64,000 bases of DNA, from NCBI GenBank assembly GCA_965263455.1, contig CBDHHN010000004.1, forward strand, positions 383,174-447,173. Reading direction: 5' to 3'. Origin of the DNA: Acidimicrobiales bacterium (GTDB taxonomy: Bacteria; Actinomycetota; Acidimicrobiia; Acidimicrobiales; SZUA-35). The notes beneath the pieces were generated by a model that was not told the origin of the DNA, did no database searches, and worked only from the letters and a program-made list of their open reading frames with translations. Each line of letters starts with the position of its first letter. Within the stretch, counting starts at the first letter, position 1. Below are positions 1-7,808 of this stretch, one piece after another. The translations under genes and the position numbers were made by a program.

Positions 1-1089
1 CAGCGGCTCGACCTGAAGCAGGAGCGCCTCGTCGTCGCTGAGGGACGGAGGCTGGGTGGTGGTGGCCCGCTCGGTCCGGACGAACTCGACCACGACCTGG
101 ACCGCGCCCAACTCCCGCTGCAACTGCTCGGTCAGGGCCCGGTCGTCGGGAGGATCCTCGAACCCCCGGAGCTGGACCACCACCCGCTCGCCCTCGACGT
201 TCACCTGGGGGTCGAGTTTGCGGCCGTCGAGCCAGTCGTCGACCACGGCCCGGGCCGTGACCTCGTCCTGGACCGCCTCCACCGCCTCCGCCGACCGCTC
301 GAACAGGGGTACGGCGATGACCACCACCAGGGCGGCGGCGATGACGGCCGCCACCAGCAGTTGGAGGCCGGTGTTGGACAGGCGACGGGGTGGCACGAAG
401 CCGGTGGCGATGAACACCATCACGCCGGCGAAGATGATGGCGGCGAGGTTGGTGGTGTAGAGCAGGAGGGCGCCCAGGGCCAGGTCCCGGTCCCCGGCCT
501 CCAGGGTGATGCCGACCGCGGCCAACGGCGGAACGAGGGCCACCGCCACCGCCACCCCGGGCAGGGCGGCCGACACGTCTCGACGAACGGTGGCGTAGGA
601 CCCGGCGGCTCCGGCGGCGAGGGCGACGACCAGATCCCGGATGTCGGGGCGGGTCCGGGCCTCCACCTCGGCCGCCAGGGGCCCGTCGGGGAGGATCAGC
701 GACAGGACGTAGGCCAGGCCGATGGCCCAGGCGGTGGCGGCCGCCACCCGGAAGACGGAGATCACGGCGTTGCGCCAGGCCGACATCGACAACGAGGCGG
801 CGGTGGCCAACACCGGCGTCATGAGCGGCGCCAGCAGCATGGCCCCGATGACGACGGCCGGCGAGTTGGCCGACAGACCCATGACCGCCACCACGACCGA
901 CAGGGTCAGCATGACGGTGAAGCGCCAACCCCAGTAGTCGACCCGGGTGAGGGCCAACTCGTCCATCACCCGGCGTCGTTCCTCGGGGTCGAGGTGGCGA
1001 TGCCACCACGCCGGGTCGGTGATGGCCACGAACGGGGCGGTGATGGCCTCCCGGAGCTTCAGATCGTCGCGGTCCCTGGTGGCCGTCAT
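1..1089 (-). CDS. DUF389-type polytopic membrane protein (C-terminus runs off the left edge of the window)
   Basis: Not in the ORF track because there is no stop inside the window. My translation of the minus strand from ATG (CAT at 1087-1089, GGAG-like RBS upstream) gives MTATRDRDDLKLREAITAPFVAITDPAWWHRHLDPEERRRVMDELAL...LSANSPAVVIGAMLLAPLMTPVLATAASL... The frame is open to position 1, has several hydrophobic helices, and fits my memory of the DUF389 family. Confidence 0.65.
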   Translation of the reverse strand, partial: MTATRDRDDLKLREAITAPFVAITDPAWWHRHLDPEERRRVMDELALTRVDYWGWRFTVMLTLSVVVAVMGLSANSPAVVIGAMLLAPLMTPVLATAASLSMSAWRNAVISVFRVAAATAWAIGLAYVLSLILPDGPLAAEVEARTRPDIRDLVVALAAGAAGSYATVRRDVSAALPGVAVAVALVPPLAAVGITLEAGDRDLALGALLLYTTNLAAIIFAGVMVFIATGFVPPRRLSNTGLQLLVAAVIAAALVVVIAVPLFERSAEAVEAVQDEVTARAVVDDWLDGRKLDPQVNVEGERVVVQLRGFEDPPDDRALTEQLQRELGAVQVVVEFVRTERATTTQPPSLSDDEALLLQVEPL

Positions 1090-1184
1090 CGGCTCCGAGT
1101 CTAGGGGGCGGCGCCGGGCGGGCCCGAGTGGCCGGCTGCGGTTGCCGAGGGTCGGGCGATCCACTCCTTGACTACCATTGGCGC

Positions 1185-1844
1185 ATGACCACCAGCACGC
1201 CCGAGGCCCGGCCGTCGCTTCTGGCCCGTGTGGCCCGCACCACCTTCGGGGTGCTGGTCATGTGGCTGATGCTGCTGTGGGCAATCGAGATCGTCGACAC
1301 CGTGGTCCTCGACAGCCGACTCCAGGGCAACGGCATCATGCCGCGTGAGGTCGACGGCCTCGACGGCGTGCTGTGGGCCCCGTTCCTCCACGCCGGGTTC
1401 GGGCACCTGATCTCCAACTCGGTGCCCCTGGTCTTCCTCGGGTTCCTGGTCTCGCTCCAGGGCCGCCGGTACTGGCTGCTGATCACGGCGGCCGCCATCG
1501 TGGTCGGGGGCGGGCTGACGTGGCTCCTCGGCGGCGACGGTAACCACATCGGGGCCAGCGGCGTGGTCTTCGGCTACTTCGGGGCCCTCCTGTCCGCCGC
1601 CTTCTACGACCGCCGGCCCCGGAGTCTGGCCCCGGCCCTCGTCGCCGTGCTCCTCTACAGCGGCCTGGTTGTCGGCGTCATTCCCCAGGCCGGGATCTCA
1701 TGGGAAGGGCATCTGTTCGGCCTGGTCGCCGGGGCCCTGGCGGCCCGGGCCGCCGTGAGGGCCCGTCGTCGTCCCGCCCCGGTGACCGCCGACGACGGCC
1801 CGACCTACCCGTGGGAGTTGGACGAGCCCTGGCTCGACACGTGA
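1185..1844 (+). CDS. rhomboid family intramembrane serine protease
   Basis: ORF 1128..1844, trimmed to the in-frame ATG at 1185 (MTTSTPEARP). Has the rhomboid motifs HLISNSVPL, GASGVVFGYFGA (GxSG) and a later GHLFGLVAGA histidine helix, with multiple TM helices. Confidence 0.85.
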   Translation: MTTSTPEARPSLLARVARTTFGVLVMWLMLLWAIEIVDTVVLDSRLQGNGIMPREVDGLDGVLWAPFLHAGFGHLISNSVPLVFLGFLVSLQGRRYWLLITAAAIVVGGGLTWLLGGDGNHIGASGVVFGYFGALLSAAFYDRRPRSLAPALVAVLLYSGLVVGVIPQAGISWEGHLFGLVAGALAARAAVRARRRPAPVTADDGPTYPWELDEPWLDT

Positions 1845-1864
1845 CCGCGGGCTAGAAACGGGAC

Positions 1865-2974
1865 GTGCTGCACCCTCTCGACGACTTCCCCGTCCACCAG
1901 ACCTCCGAGCCCCTGCTCCACGTCGCCACCAGTTCCCCCAACGCCTACGACCGGTTCTTCTTCAACGGCTTCTCGGCCGACGGCGAGGTGTTCTTCGCCG
2001 TGGCCCTGGGTGTCTACCCCCAGCGCCAGGTCATGGACGGCGCGCTGTCGGTCATCCACGACGGGGTCCAGCACAATGTGCGGGCCTCGGGGCCGGCCCC
2101 GGCCGACCGGACCCGGACCGCGGTCGATCCGCTCACCGTCGAGGTGATCGAGCCCATGCGCCGCCACCGGATCGTGGTCGACGACCGGTTCGGGATCCGG
2201 GCCGAGCTCGACTGGACCTCCATCTCCCCCGCCATCGAGGAGCCGCGATTCACCCGGGTGGTCGAGGGGCGGACCCAGCTCGACTACACCCGCCTCACCC
2301 AGTTCGGCCGGTGGGAGGGCGGCATCGAGATCGACGGCACCACGATCGAGATCGGCGACGGCGTGGTCGGGGTGCGCGACCGCTCCTGGGGTGTGCGGCC
2401 GGTGGGTCCCCGCATCACCGGACCGTCGTCCAGCGCCCCCCAGTTCTACTGGCTCTGGGCCCCCACCGTGTTCGACGACGTGTGCACCCACCTCGCCCTC
2501 AACCACGATGCCGAGGGCCTGCCCTGGCACCAGAGCGGGGCGGTGGCGGCCAGGATCGGGCCCGACGACGAGCCCCTCGACCCCGCCCGGGTCCAGCGGG
2601 CCACCGCGGCGTCGGCCGAACCGGTGTGGGGCCCGGGCACCCGGTGGGCCGAGGCGGTGACCACCAACCTGGAGCGTTGGCGGGACGAGCCGGTGAAGGT
2701 CGAGTACGAGCCGCTGCTCCGGTTCCAGATGAGCGGCATCGGCTACGGCCATCCCGAGTGGGGCCACGGGATGTGGCGGGGCGGGCCCGACGCCATCCGT
2801 GACGCCATCGATCTCGCCGCCGTCGATCCCGAGGACCCGACCATGATCCACATCCAGGCCCTGAGCCGGGCCCGTTGGGGCGAGCGGACCGGGGTCGGGG
2901 TCGTGGAGCAACTCGTGTTCGGGCCCCACCAACCGACCGGCCTCATGGGTCTCTTCGCCGGCGCCGCGGGCTGA
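1865..2974 (+). CDS. conserved hypothetical protein (N-terminal HPLDDFPVHQT...NAYDRFFFNGF motif)
   Basis: 369-aa ORF with a GTG start and non-degenerate, enzyme-like composition. The competing 540-aa minus ORF 1805..3427 is R/G/P junk. The N-terminal motif resembles an uncharacterised actinobacterial family; no function can be assigned by eye. Confidence 0.6.
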   Translation: MLHPLDDFPVHQTSEPLLHVATSSPNAYDRFFFNGFSADGEVFFAVALGVYPQRQVMDGALSVIHDGVQHNVRASGPAPADRTRTAVDPLTVEVIEPMRRHRIVVDDRFGIRAELDWTSISPAIEEPRFTRVVEGRTQLDYTRLTQFGRWEGGIEIDGTTIEIGDGVVGVRDRSWGVRPVGPRITGPSSSAPQFYWLWAPTVFDDVCTHLALNHDAEGLPWHQSGAVAARIGPDDEPLDPARVQRATAASAEPVWGPGTRWAEAVTTNLERWRDEPVKVEYEPLLRFQMSGIGYGHPEWGHGMWRGGPDAIRDAIDLAAVDPEDPTMIHIQALSRARWGERTGVGVVEQLVFGPHQPTGLMGLFAGAAG

Positions 2975-3027
2975 GTCGACCCGCCGGTTCCGGCGCTGCG
3001 GCGCCGGGGCGGCGGCCGGGTGGCCCG

Positions 3028-3546
3028 TCAGGACAGGGTGCGGGCCAGGCGGGCCATCTCGACCGCGGCCACCGCCGCCTCCTGGCCGACGTTGTGGCCC
3101 CCGCCCGGCATGCTCCGGGCCAGGGCCTGCTCGGTGTTCTCCACCGTCACCAGCCCGAACAGGACCGGGACGCCGGTGTCGAGTTGGGCCCGCTGGACCC
3201 CGAAGGCGCACGTCTCGGACACCAACTCGTAGTGGGTGGTCTCCCCCCGGATCACGGCCCCGATGCAGACCACGGCGTGGACCCGGCCCGAGCCGGCCAT
3301 CAGTTTGGCCGCAAGCGGGATCTCGAACGCCCCGGGTACCGAGTGCTCGACCACTCGGCGGACGCCCAGGCCCGACAGACCCCGATCGACCCCGTGGGCC
3401 AGGCGGTCGACGATCTCGGCATTCCAACGGGAACGGATGACGCCGATCCGCAGACCGGCTCCGCTCAGTCCGTCGGGTACGTCGGCACGGTGATCTCCGG
3501 AGGCCACGGGTGCGAGGGTAGCGGCGGCGACTAGGTTGACGGGCAT
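3028..3546 (-). CDS. ribH: 6,7-dimethyl-8-ribityllumazine synthase
   Basis: ORF 3028..3624 trimmed to the internal ATG (residue 27, MPVNLV). Shows RIGVIRSRWNAEIVDRL, VPGAFEIPLAAKLMA, VVCIGAVIRGETTHYELV and GVPVLFGLVTVEN, which are typical RibH motifs. Confidence 0.9.
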   Translation of the reverse strand: MPVNLVAAATLAPVASGDHRADVPDGLSGAGLRIGVIRSRWNAEIVDRLAHGVDRGLSGLGVRRVVEHSVPGAFEIPLAAKLMAGSGRVHAVVCIGAVIRGETTHYELVSETCAFGVQRAQLDTGVPVLFGLVTVENTEQALARSMPGGGHNVGQEAAVAAVEMARLARTLS

Positions 3547-3787
3547 GGGTCTGCTGAGACGGCTGCTGTTCCCCCGGTCGGGGCGCCTGGGCGCCCTGTC
3601 CGACCTCGCCGTGGTGGGCACCACGGCCGCCCGCCTGGCCCGCGGCCGGAGCTCCGCCGCCGGCGGCCGGTCCGGGGCGTCGGTACCGCCCGGCCAGCTG
3701 CTGCTGGCGGGGGCCGCCGTCCTGCGGCTGCTGGCCCGGTTCCGTCGGCGCCGCCGGGACCGACGGGCCCTGGTCGAGACCGACTGA
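3536..3787 (+). CDS. possible small basic membrane-associated protein (uncertain)
   Basis: 83-aa ORF (TTG at 3536; in-frame ATG at 3545) filling the ribH/Nudix divergent gap. Third positions are strongly G/C as in real genes here, but there is no recognisable motif and the sequence is Arg-rich. Confidence 0.3.
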   Translation: MTGMGLLRRLLFPRSGRLGALSDLAVVGTTAARLARGRSSAAGGRSGASVPPGQLLLAGAAVLRLLARFRRRRRDRRALVETD

Positions 3788-3800
3788 TCGGCCCTCGCCC

Positions 3801-4556
3801 GTGTCGACCCCCGGTCCGGGGCCCCGGACCCCGCTCCCCTACGACGAGGCCCTGCGTCACCTGTTGGCCGCCAACCTGGACCGGTTCGAGGTCCGTGAGC
3901 ACGCGCTCGACGGTCGCCGCCACGCCGCGGTGGCCGTGATCGTGCTCGACTCCGATGCCGAGCTGCACGGACATGACCCGACCGAGGGGGAACGGGCCGA
4001 GCTGTTGAGCGGAGTTCCCGGCAGCCACGGACCCGACGTCACGGGCCGGGTCGACGGGACGGCGGGCGGGGCGGCCGTGCTCCTGACCCGCCGCGGCTCA
4101 CACCTGGACGCCCACGCCCGCCAGTGGGCGTTCCCCGGCGGGCGGCTCGACGCCGGCGAGTCGGCCCTGGAGGCGGCCCTGCGCGAGACCGAGGAGGAGG
4201 TGGGCCTGCGGTTGGGCCCCGATCACCTGCTGGGCCGCCTCGACGACTACCCGACACGCTCGGGCTACGTCATCTCCCCCTTCGTGTTCTGGGCCGGAGC
4301 GGCGGCCGAGCCCGAGGCCAATCCTGATGAGGTGGCCTCGCTTCATCGCATCTCGTTGGCCGAGGTGGGCCGGCCCGACTCCCCCCGGTTCGTGACCATC
4401 CCCGAGAGCGATCGGCCGGTGATCCAGGTCCCGATCGGGGGCGACCTGATCCACGCCCCGACCGGCGCCGTGCTGCACCAGTTCCGGGCCGTCGCCCTCG
4501 ACGGTGGCCGCGAACGGGTCGACGGCTACGAGCAGCCGACCTTCGCCTGGCGCTGA
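3801..4556 (+). CDS. NUDIX hydrolase (CoA pyrophosphatase-like)
   Basis: Nudix box WAFPGGRLDAGESALEAALRETEEEVGL; 251-aa ORF with a GTG start. Confidence 0.85.
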   Translation: MSTPGPGPRTPLPYDEALRHLLAANLDRFEVREHALDGRRHAAVAVIVLDSDAELHGHDPTEGERAELLSGVPGSHGPDVTGRVDGTAGGAAVLLTRRGSHLDAHARQWAFPGGRLDAGESALEAALRETEEEVGLRLGPDHLLGRLDDYPTRSGYVISPFVFWAGAAAEPEANPDEVASLHRISLAEVGRPDSPRFVTIPESDRPVIQVPIGGDLIHAPTGAVLHQFRAVALDGGRERVDGYEQPTFAWR

Positions 4557-4624
4557 CCGCCGGCCCGGCCGCACCCCCCTCAGGTGACGTCATCGGACCC
4601 CTGCACCCCCTCGAAAGCAAAGAG

Positions 4625-4642
4625 TTGTGGCATATGCCAAAA
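4625..4642. promoter_or_regulatory. 18-bp near-perfect palindrome TTGTGGCAT|ATGCCAAAA overlapping a promoter-like TTGTGG-17nt-TACTAG
   Basis: Read directly from the sequence. The core TGGCATATGCCA (4628-4639) is perfectly symmetric. It lies in an AT-richer gap about 40 bp upstream of the AGGGGAG RBS and ATG 4684 of an operon that ends in a MarR gene. Confidence 0.35.
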
Positions 4643-4683
4643 TTCTTTACTAGGTTGCCCTCAGCACGCACAAGGGGAGCACC

Positions 4684-5349
4684 ATGACGACCACCCAGCC
4701 CGAGTCCGTCGAGACCACATCGACGCCGACCTCGACCTCAACCTCGACCTCGACCTCGCAATCGACCTCGACCTCGCAATCGACCTCGACTTCGACCTCG
4801 ACCTCGACCCGGTCCACCCGGACACCGAGCGGATCGGGCCTCGGTCGCCGCTTCGGCGTCGTGGCCCTTCTGGTGGCCCTCGCCCTCGTCCTCGCCGCCT
4901 GCGGTGACGACGAGGAGGAAGCCGATGCCACCGACACGACCGACACGACCGCCAGTGCCGAGGAGGCGACCGGGGACGAGGGTTCCGAGGAGGCCGCGGC
5001 CCCGGGAGCCATCGCCGTCGACCTGGGCGAGTTCTTCATCGACATGCCCACCTCGCTCGACGCCGGCTCCCTGACCTTCGCCTCCACCAACAGTGGCGAG
5101 TTCCCCCACGCCCTGGCCGTGGCCCGGGGGACCGCCTACGAGGACCTCCCCCAGACCGAGAACGGCGCCGTCGACACCGACGCCCTGGGCGCCGACTACC
5201 TGGGCACGACCGAGAACATCGAACCCGGAGCCGACGGCACCATCACGTTCGACCTGGAGGCCGGCGACTACGTCTTCTTCTGCCCCATCGAGTTCGGCCC
5301 CAACTCCCACGCCGGCAACGGCCAGGTGCTGAGCGTCTCGGTCGGCTGA
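4684..5349 (+). CDS. cupredoxin-like (single blue-copper-type domain) exported or membrane-anchored protein with an N-terminal poly(Ser-Thr) tract
   Basis: Good RBS (AGGGGAG) before the ATG. Residues about 55-75, GRRFGVVALLVALALVLAACG, look like a signal peptide with a lipobox. The C-terminus has FPHALAV ... GDYVFFCPIEFGPNSHAGNGQVLSVSVG, a His/Cys/His ligand pattern of cupredoxin_1-like domains. Confidence 0.7.
   Translation: MTTTQPESVETTSTPTSTSTSTSTSQSTSTSQSTSTSTSTSTRSTRTPSGSGLGRRFGVVALLVALALVLAACGDDEEEADATDTTDTTASAEEATGDEGSEEAAAPGAIAVDLGEFFIDMPTSLDAGSLTFASTNSGEFPHALAVARGTAYEDLPQTENGAVDTDALGADYLGTTENIEPGADGTITFDLEAGDYVFFCPIEFGPNSHAGNGQVLSVSVG
4720..4809 (+). repeat. TCGACC-type hexamer microsatellite (with two 18-bp TCGACCTCGACCTCGCAA super-units) encoding (ST)n
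   Basis: Direct reading: tcgacgccgacctcgacctcaacctcgacctcgacctcgcaatcgacctcgacctcgcaatcgacctcgacttcgacctcgacctcgaccc. Confidence 0.9.
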
Positions 5350-5359
5350 GCACACGTCG

Positions 5360-5845
5360 ATGGAGTCGATCAACGGGCTGCCGACCCACGTCCTGGCCGT
5401 TCACGCCCCTGTCGTCCTGACCCCACTCCTGCTGCTGCTGGCCCTGGTGCTGGCGGTCAAGGCGGACTGGCGACAGCGATCGGGGTTCCTGCTGGCGGGG
5501 GCGGCCCTGGCCACCGTGGTGGCCGCCGCCCTCGCCGTGCTCTCGGGTCGGGCGTTCGACCGGGTCGTGGGCGATCGGGTCGACACCACCGACCACGAGC
5601 GACTGGCCTACACCGCGTTGGCCCTGCTGACGGCTGCGCTGGTGGCCGCCGTGGCGCTCGCCGTGCTCGACCGACGGGCCGCGGCCGATGGACCGGCGGT
5701 CGGGCCCGGCCCGATGACCAACCGGATCCTGTCCGGGCTGGTGGTGGTCCTGACCGGGGCCGCCACCTGGTGGATGGTGCTGACCGGGGACGAGGGGGCC
5801 CGATTGGTGTGGAAGGGCGTCGTGGGCGCCATCATGCCCGGGTGA
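5360..5845 (+). CDS. DUF2231-like integral membrane protein
   Basis: 161 aa with four hydrophobic helices. The N-terminal LPTHVLAVHAPVVLTPL resembles the DUF2231 signature. It lies 10 nt after the cupredoxin stop. Confidence 0.6.
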   Translation: MESINGLPTHVLAVHAPVVLTPLLLLLALVLAVKADWRQRSGFLLAGAALATVVAAALAVLSGRAFDRVVGDRVDTTDHERLAYTALALLTAALVAAVALAVLDRRAAADGPAVGPGPMTNRILSGLVVVLTGAATWWMVLTGDEGARLVWKGVVGAIMPG

Positions 5846-6375
5846 GCGATGACTACGATCCGGAGGCCCTGGCCGGGACCGGCCGCCACCTGACCAAGAC
5901 CGAGCTGCGGGCCTGGACCCGGTTCCTCGACACCGGCCGCCTCCTGGAGGAGGTCCTGGCCCGCCACGTGAGCCGCGAGCACAACATGACCCACTCCGAC
6001 TACGAGGTCCTCGTGCGCCTCGACGGAGCCGGCGGGTCGATGCGGATGGCGATGCTGGCGGAACAGGTCGTGTCGTCGGTCCAGAAGCTGACCCACACCG
6101 CCAACCGGCTGGAGGAGCGGGGCTGGATCCAGCGGGTGCCGGTCGAGGGCGACGGTCGGGGTCTGCTCGCCGTCCTCCTCCCGCCCGGGCGGCAGGCGCT
6201 GGCCGCCGCGGCCGGGGAGCACGCCGCCCTCATCAAGAGATTCCTGCTCGACGACCTGACCGAGGCCGAGCAGATCCACCTCGGCGACACCATGGACCGC
6301 CTGTCCGCCCACCTGCGGGTCCACCGTCGGGGTGAGCCCTGCCCCCGGTGCGGCGACGACACCGGGTCGCCCTGA
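5842..6375 (+). CDS. MarR family transcriptional regulator
   Basis: ORF 5770..6375 trimmed to the GTG at 5842, which overlaps the preceding stop (GTGA). Winged-HTH region: HSDYEVLVRLDGAGGSMRMAMLAEQVVSSVQKLTHTANRLEERGWIQRVPVEGDGRG. Confidence 0.85.
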   Translation: MSDDYDPEALAGTGRHLTKTELRAWTRFLDTGRLLEEVLARHVSREHNMTHSDYEVLVRLDGAGGSMRMAMLAEQVVSSVQKLTHTANRLEERGWIQRVPVEGDGRGLLAVLLPPGRQALAAAAGEHAALIKRFLLDDLTEAEQIHLGDTMDRLSAHLRVHRRGEPCPRCGDDTGSP

Positions 6376-6455
6376 CCCTCCCCCCCCCCGCCCCTCGGGC
6401 GCAACCACGGTGGGCGGTCTGGCCCGGGAGTGGACGGGTGCACCAGGATGCGGGC

Positions 6456-7754
6456 ATGGACTTCGCCATCGACCCCGACTTCCAGGCCGAGCTCGACTGG
6501 ATCGACTCCTTCGTCCGAGAGGAGATCGAGCCCCTCGATTTCATCATCGCCTCGCCCTACGACCTCGAGGATCCGATCCGGGCCGAGATCATTCCGCCCC
6601 TCCAGAAGATCGTCCAGGACCGGAAGCTCTGGGCCTGCCATCTCGGCCCCGACCTCGGTGGCCCCGGCTACGGCCAGCTCAAGCTGGCTCTGATGAACGA
6701 GATCCTGGGTCGGGCCCGCTGCGCCTCCACCGTGTTCGGCACCCAGGCCCCCGACACCGGCAACTCGGAGATCCTGGCCCACTTCGGCACCGACGAGCAG
6801 AAGGAGCGATTCCTGGCCCCGTTGCTCCGCAACGAGATCGTGTCGTGCTACTCGATGACCGAGCCCCAGGGCGGGGCCGACCCGGCCGTGTTCCAGACCA
6901 CGGCGGTCCAGGACGGCGACGAGTGGGTCATCAACGGCGAGAAGTGGTTCTCCTCCAACGCCCGCTACGCCGCCTTCCTGATCACCATGGTGGTGACCGA
7001 CCCCGAGAACGAACTGGTCAAGAGCCAGTCGATGTTCCTCATCCCAACCGACACGCCCGGCGTCGAGATCGTGCGCAACGTCGGCTTGGGCTACGAGTCG
7101 GAGTCCGACGACCACGGCAGCCACGCCTACATCCGCTACACCGACGTGCGGGTCCCGGCCGAGAACCTGCTCGGCCCGCGTGGCGGGGGCTTCGCCGTGG
7201 CCCAGACCCGCCTCGGTGGGGGCCGGATCCACCACGCCATGCGGACCTGCGGCCGGGTGCGGCGCATGTTCGACGCCATGTGCGAGCGGGCCCTGTCCCG
7301 CACGACCAAGGGCGAACTGCTGAGCCAGAAGCAGATGGTGCAGGAGATGATCGCCGACTCCTGGATCGAGATGGAGATGTTCCGGCTCCTGGTCCTGCGC
7401 ACGGCGTGGCGGATCGACGAGCTGCAGGACTATCGCAAGGTCCGCAAGGACATCTCGGCCGTGAAGGCGGCCATGCCCGGCGTGTACCGCAACATCGCCT
7501 CCCGGGCCCTCCAGCTCCACGGCTCGCTCGGGGCCTCGTGGGAGATGCCGTTCGCCAAGGAGGTCATCGAATCGTTCCACATGGGCCTGGCCGACGGCCC
7601 GACCGAGGTGCACAAGGTCCAGGTGGCCCGCCAGGTCCTCCGCGACTACGCCCCGACCGACGACCTGTTCCCCTCGACCCACCTGCCTCGCCTCCGGGCC
7701 GCGGCCGAGGCCAAGTACGCCGACGTGCTGGAGCGCCACCTGGAGACGCTGTAG
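6456..7754 (+). CDS. acyl-CoA dehydrogenase
   Basis: ORF 6348..7754 trimmed to MDFAIDPDFQAELDWIDSFVREEIEPLD. Shows CYSMTEPQGGADPA, WVINGEKWFSSNA and a C-terminal LQLHGSLGASWEMPFAKE, an ACAD-type pattern. Confidence 0.9.
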   Translation: MDFAIDPDFQAELDWIDSFVREEIEPLDFIIASPYDLEDPIRAEIIPPLQKIVQDRKLWACHLGPDLGGPGYGQLKLALMNEILGRARCASTVFGTQAPDTGNSEILAHFGTDEQKERFLAPLLRNEIVSCYSMTEPQGGADPAVFQTTAVQDGDEWVINGEKWFSSNARYAAFLITMVVTDPENELVKSQSMFLIPTDTPGVEIVRNVGLGYESESDDHGSHAYIRYTDVRVPAENLLGPRGGGFAVAQTRLGGGRIHHAMRTCGRVRRMFDAMCERALSRTTKGELLSQKQMVQEMIADSWIEMEMFRLLVLRTAWRIDELQDYRKVRKDISAVKAAMPGVYRNIASRALQLHGSLGASWEMPFAKEVIESFHMGLADGPTEVHKVQVARQVLRDYAPTDDLFPSTHLPRLRAAAEAKYADVLERHLETL

Positions 7755-7808
7755 CGGCCGGCCGAAGGTCGTGGAGCCCGGCGTGCCGGTCGGCGTCGGC
7801 CCTGCCCG

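Noticed and set aside
4720-4809. Tandem repeats here and at 10691-10794, 34038-34104, 42078-42140 and 45274-45346 were considered as possible CRISPR arrays.
   Set aside because: The units are 6-18 bp and directly abutting, with no unique spacers. There are no cas genes, and most of the repeats are in-frame coding low-complexity tracts.
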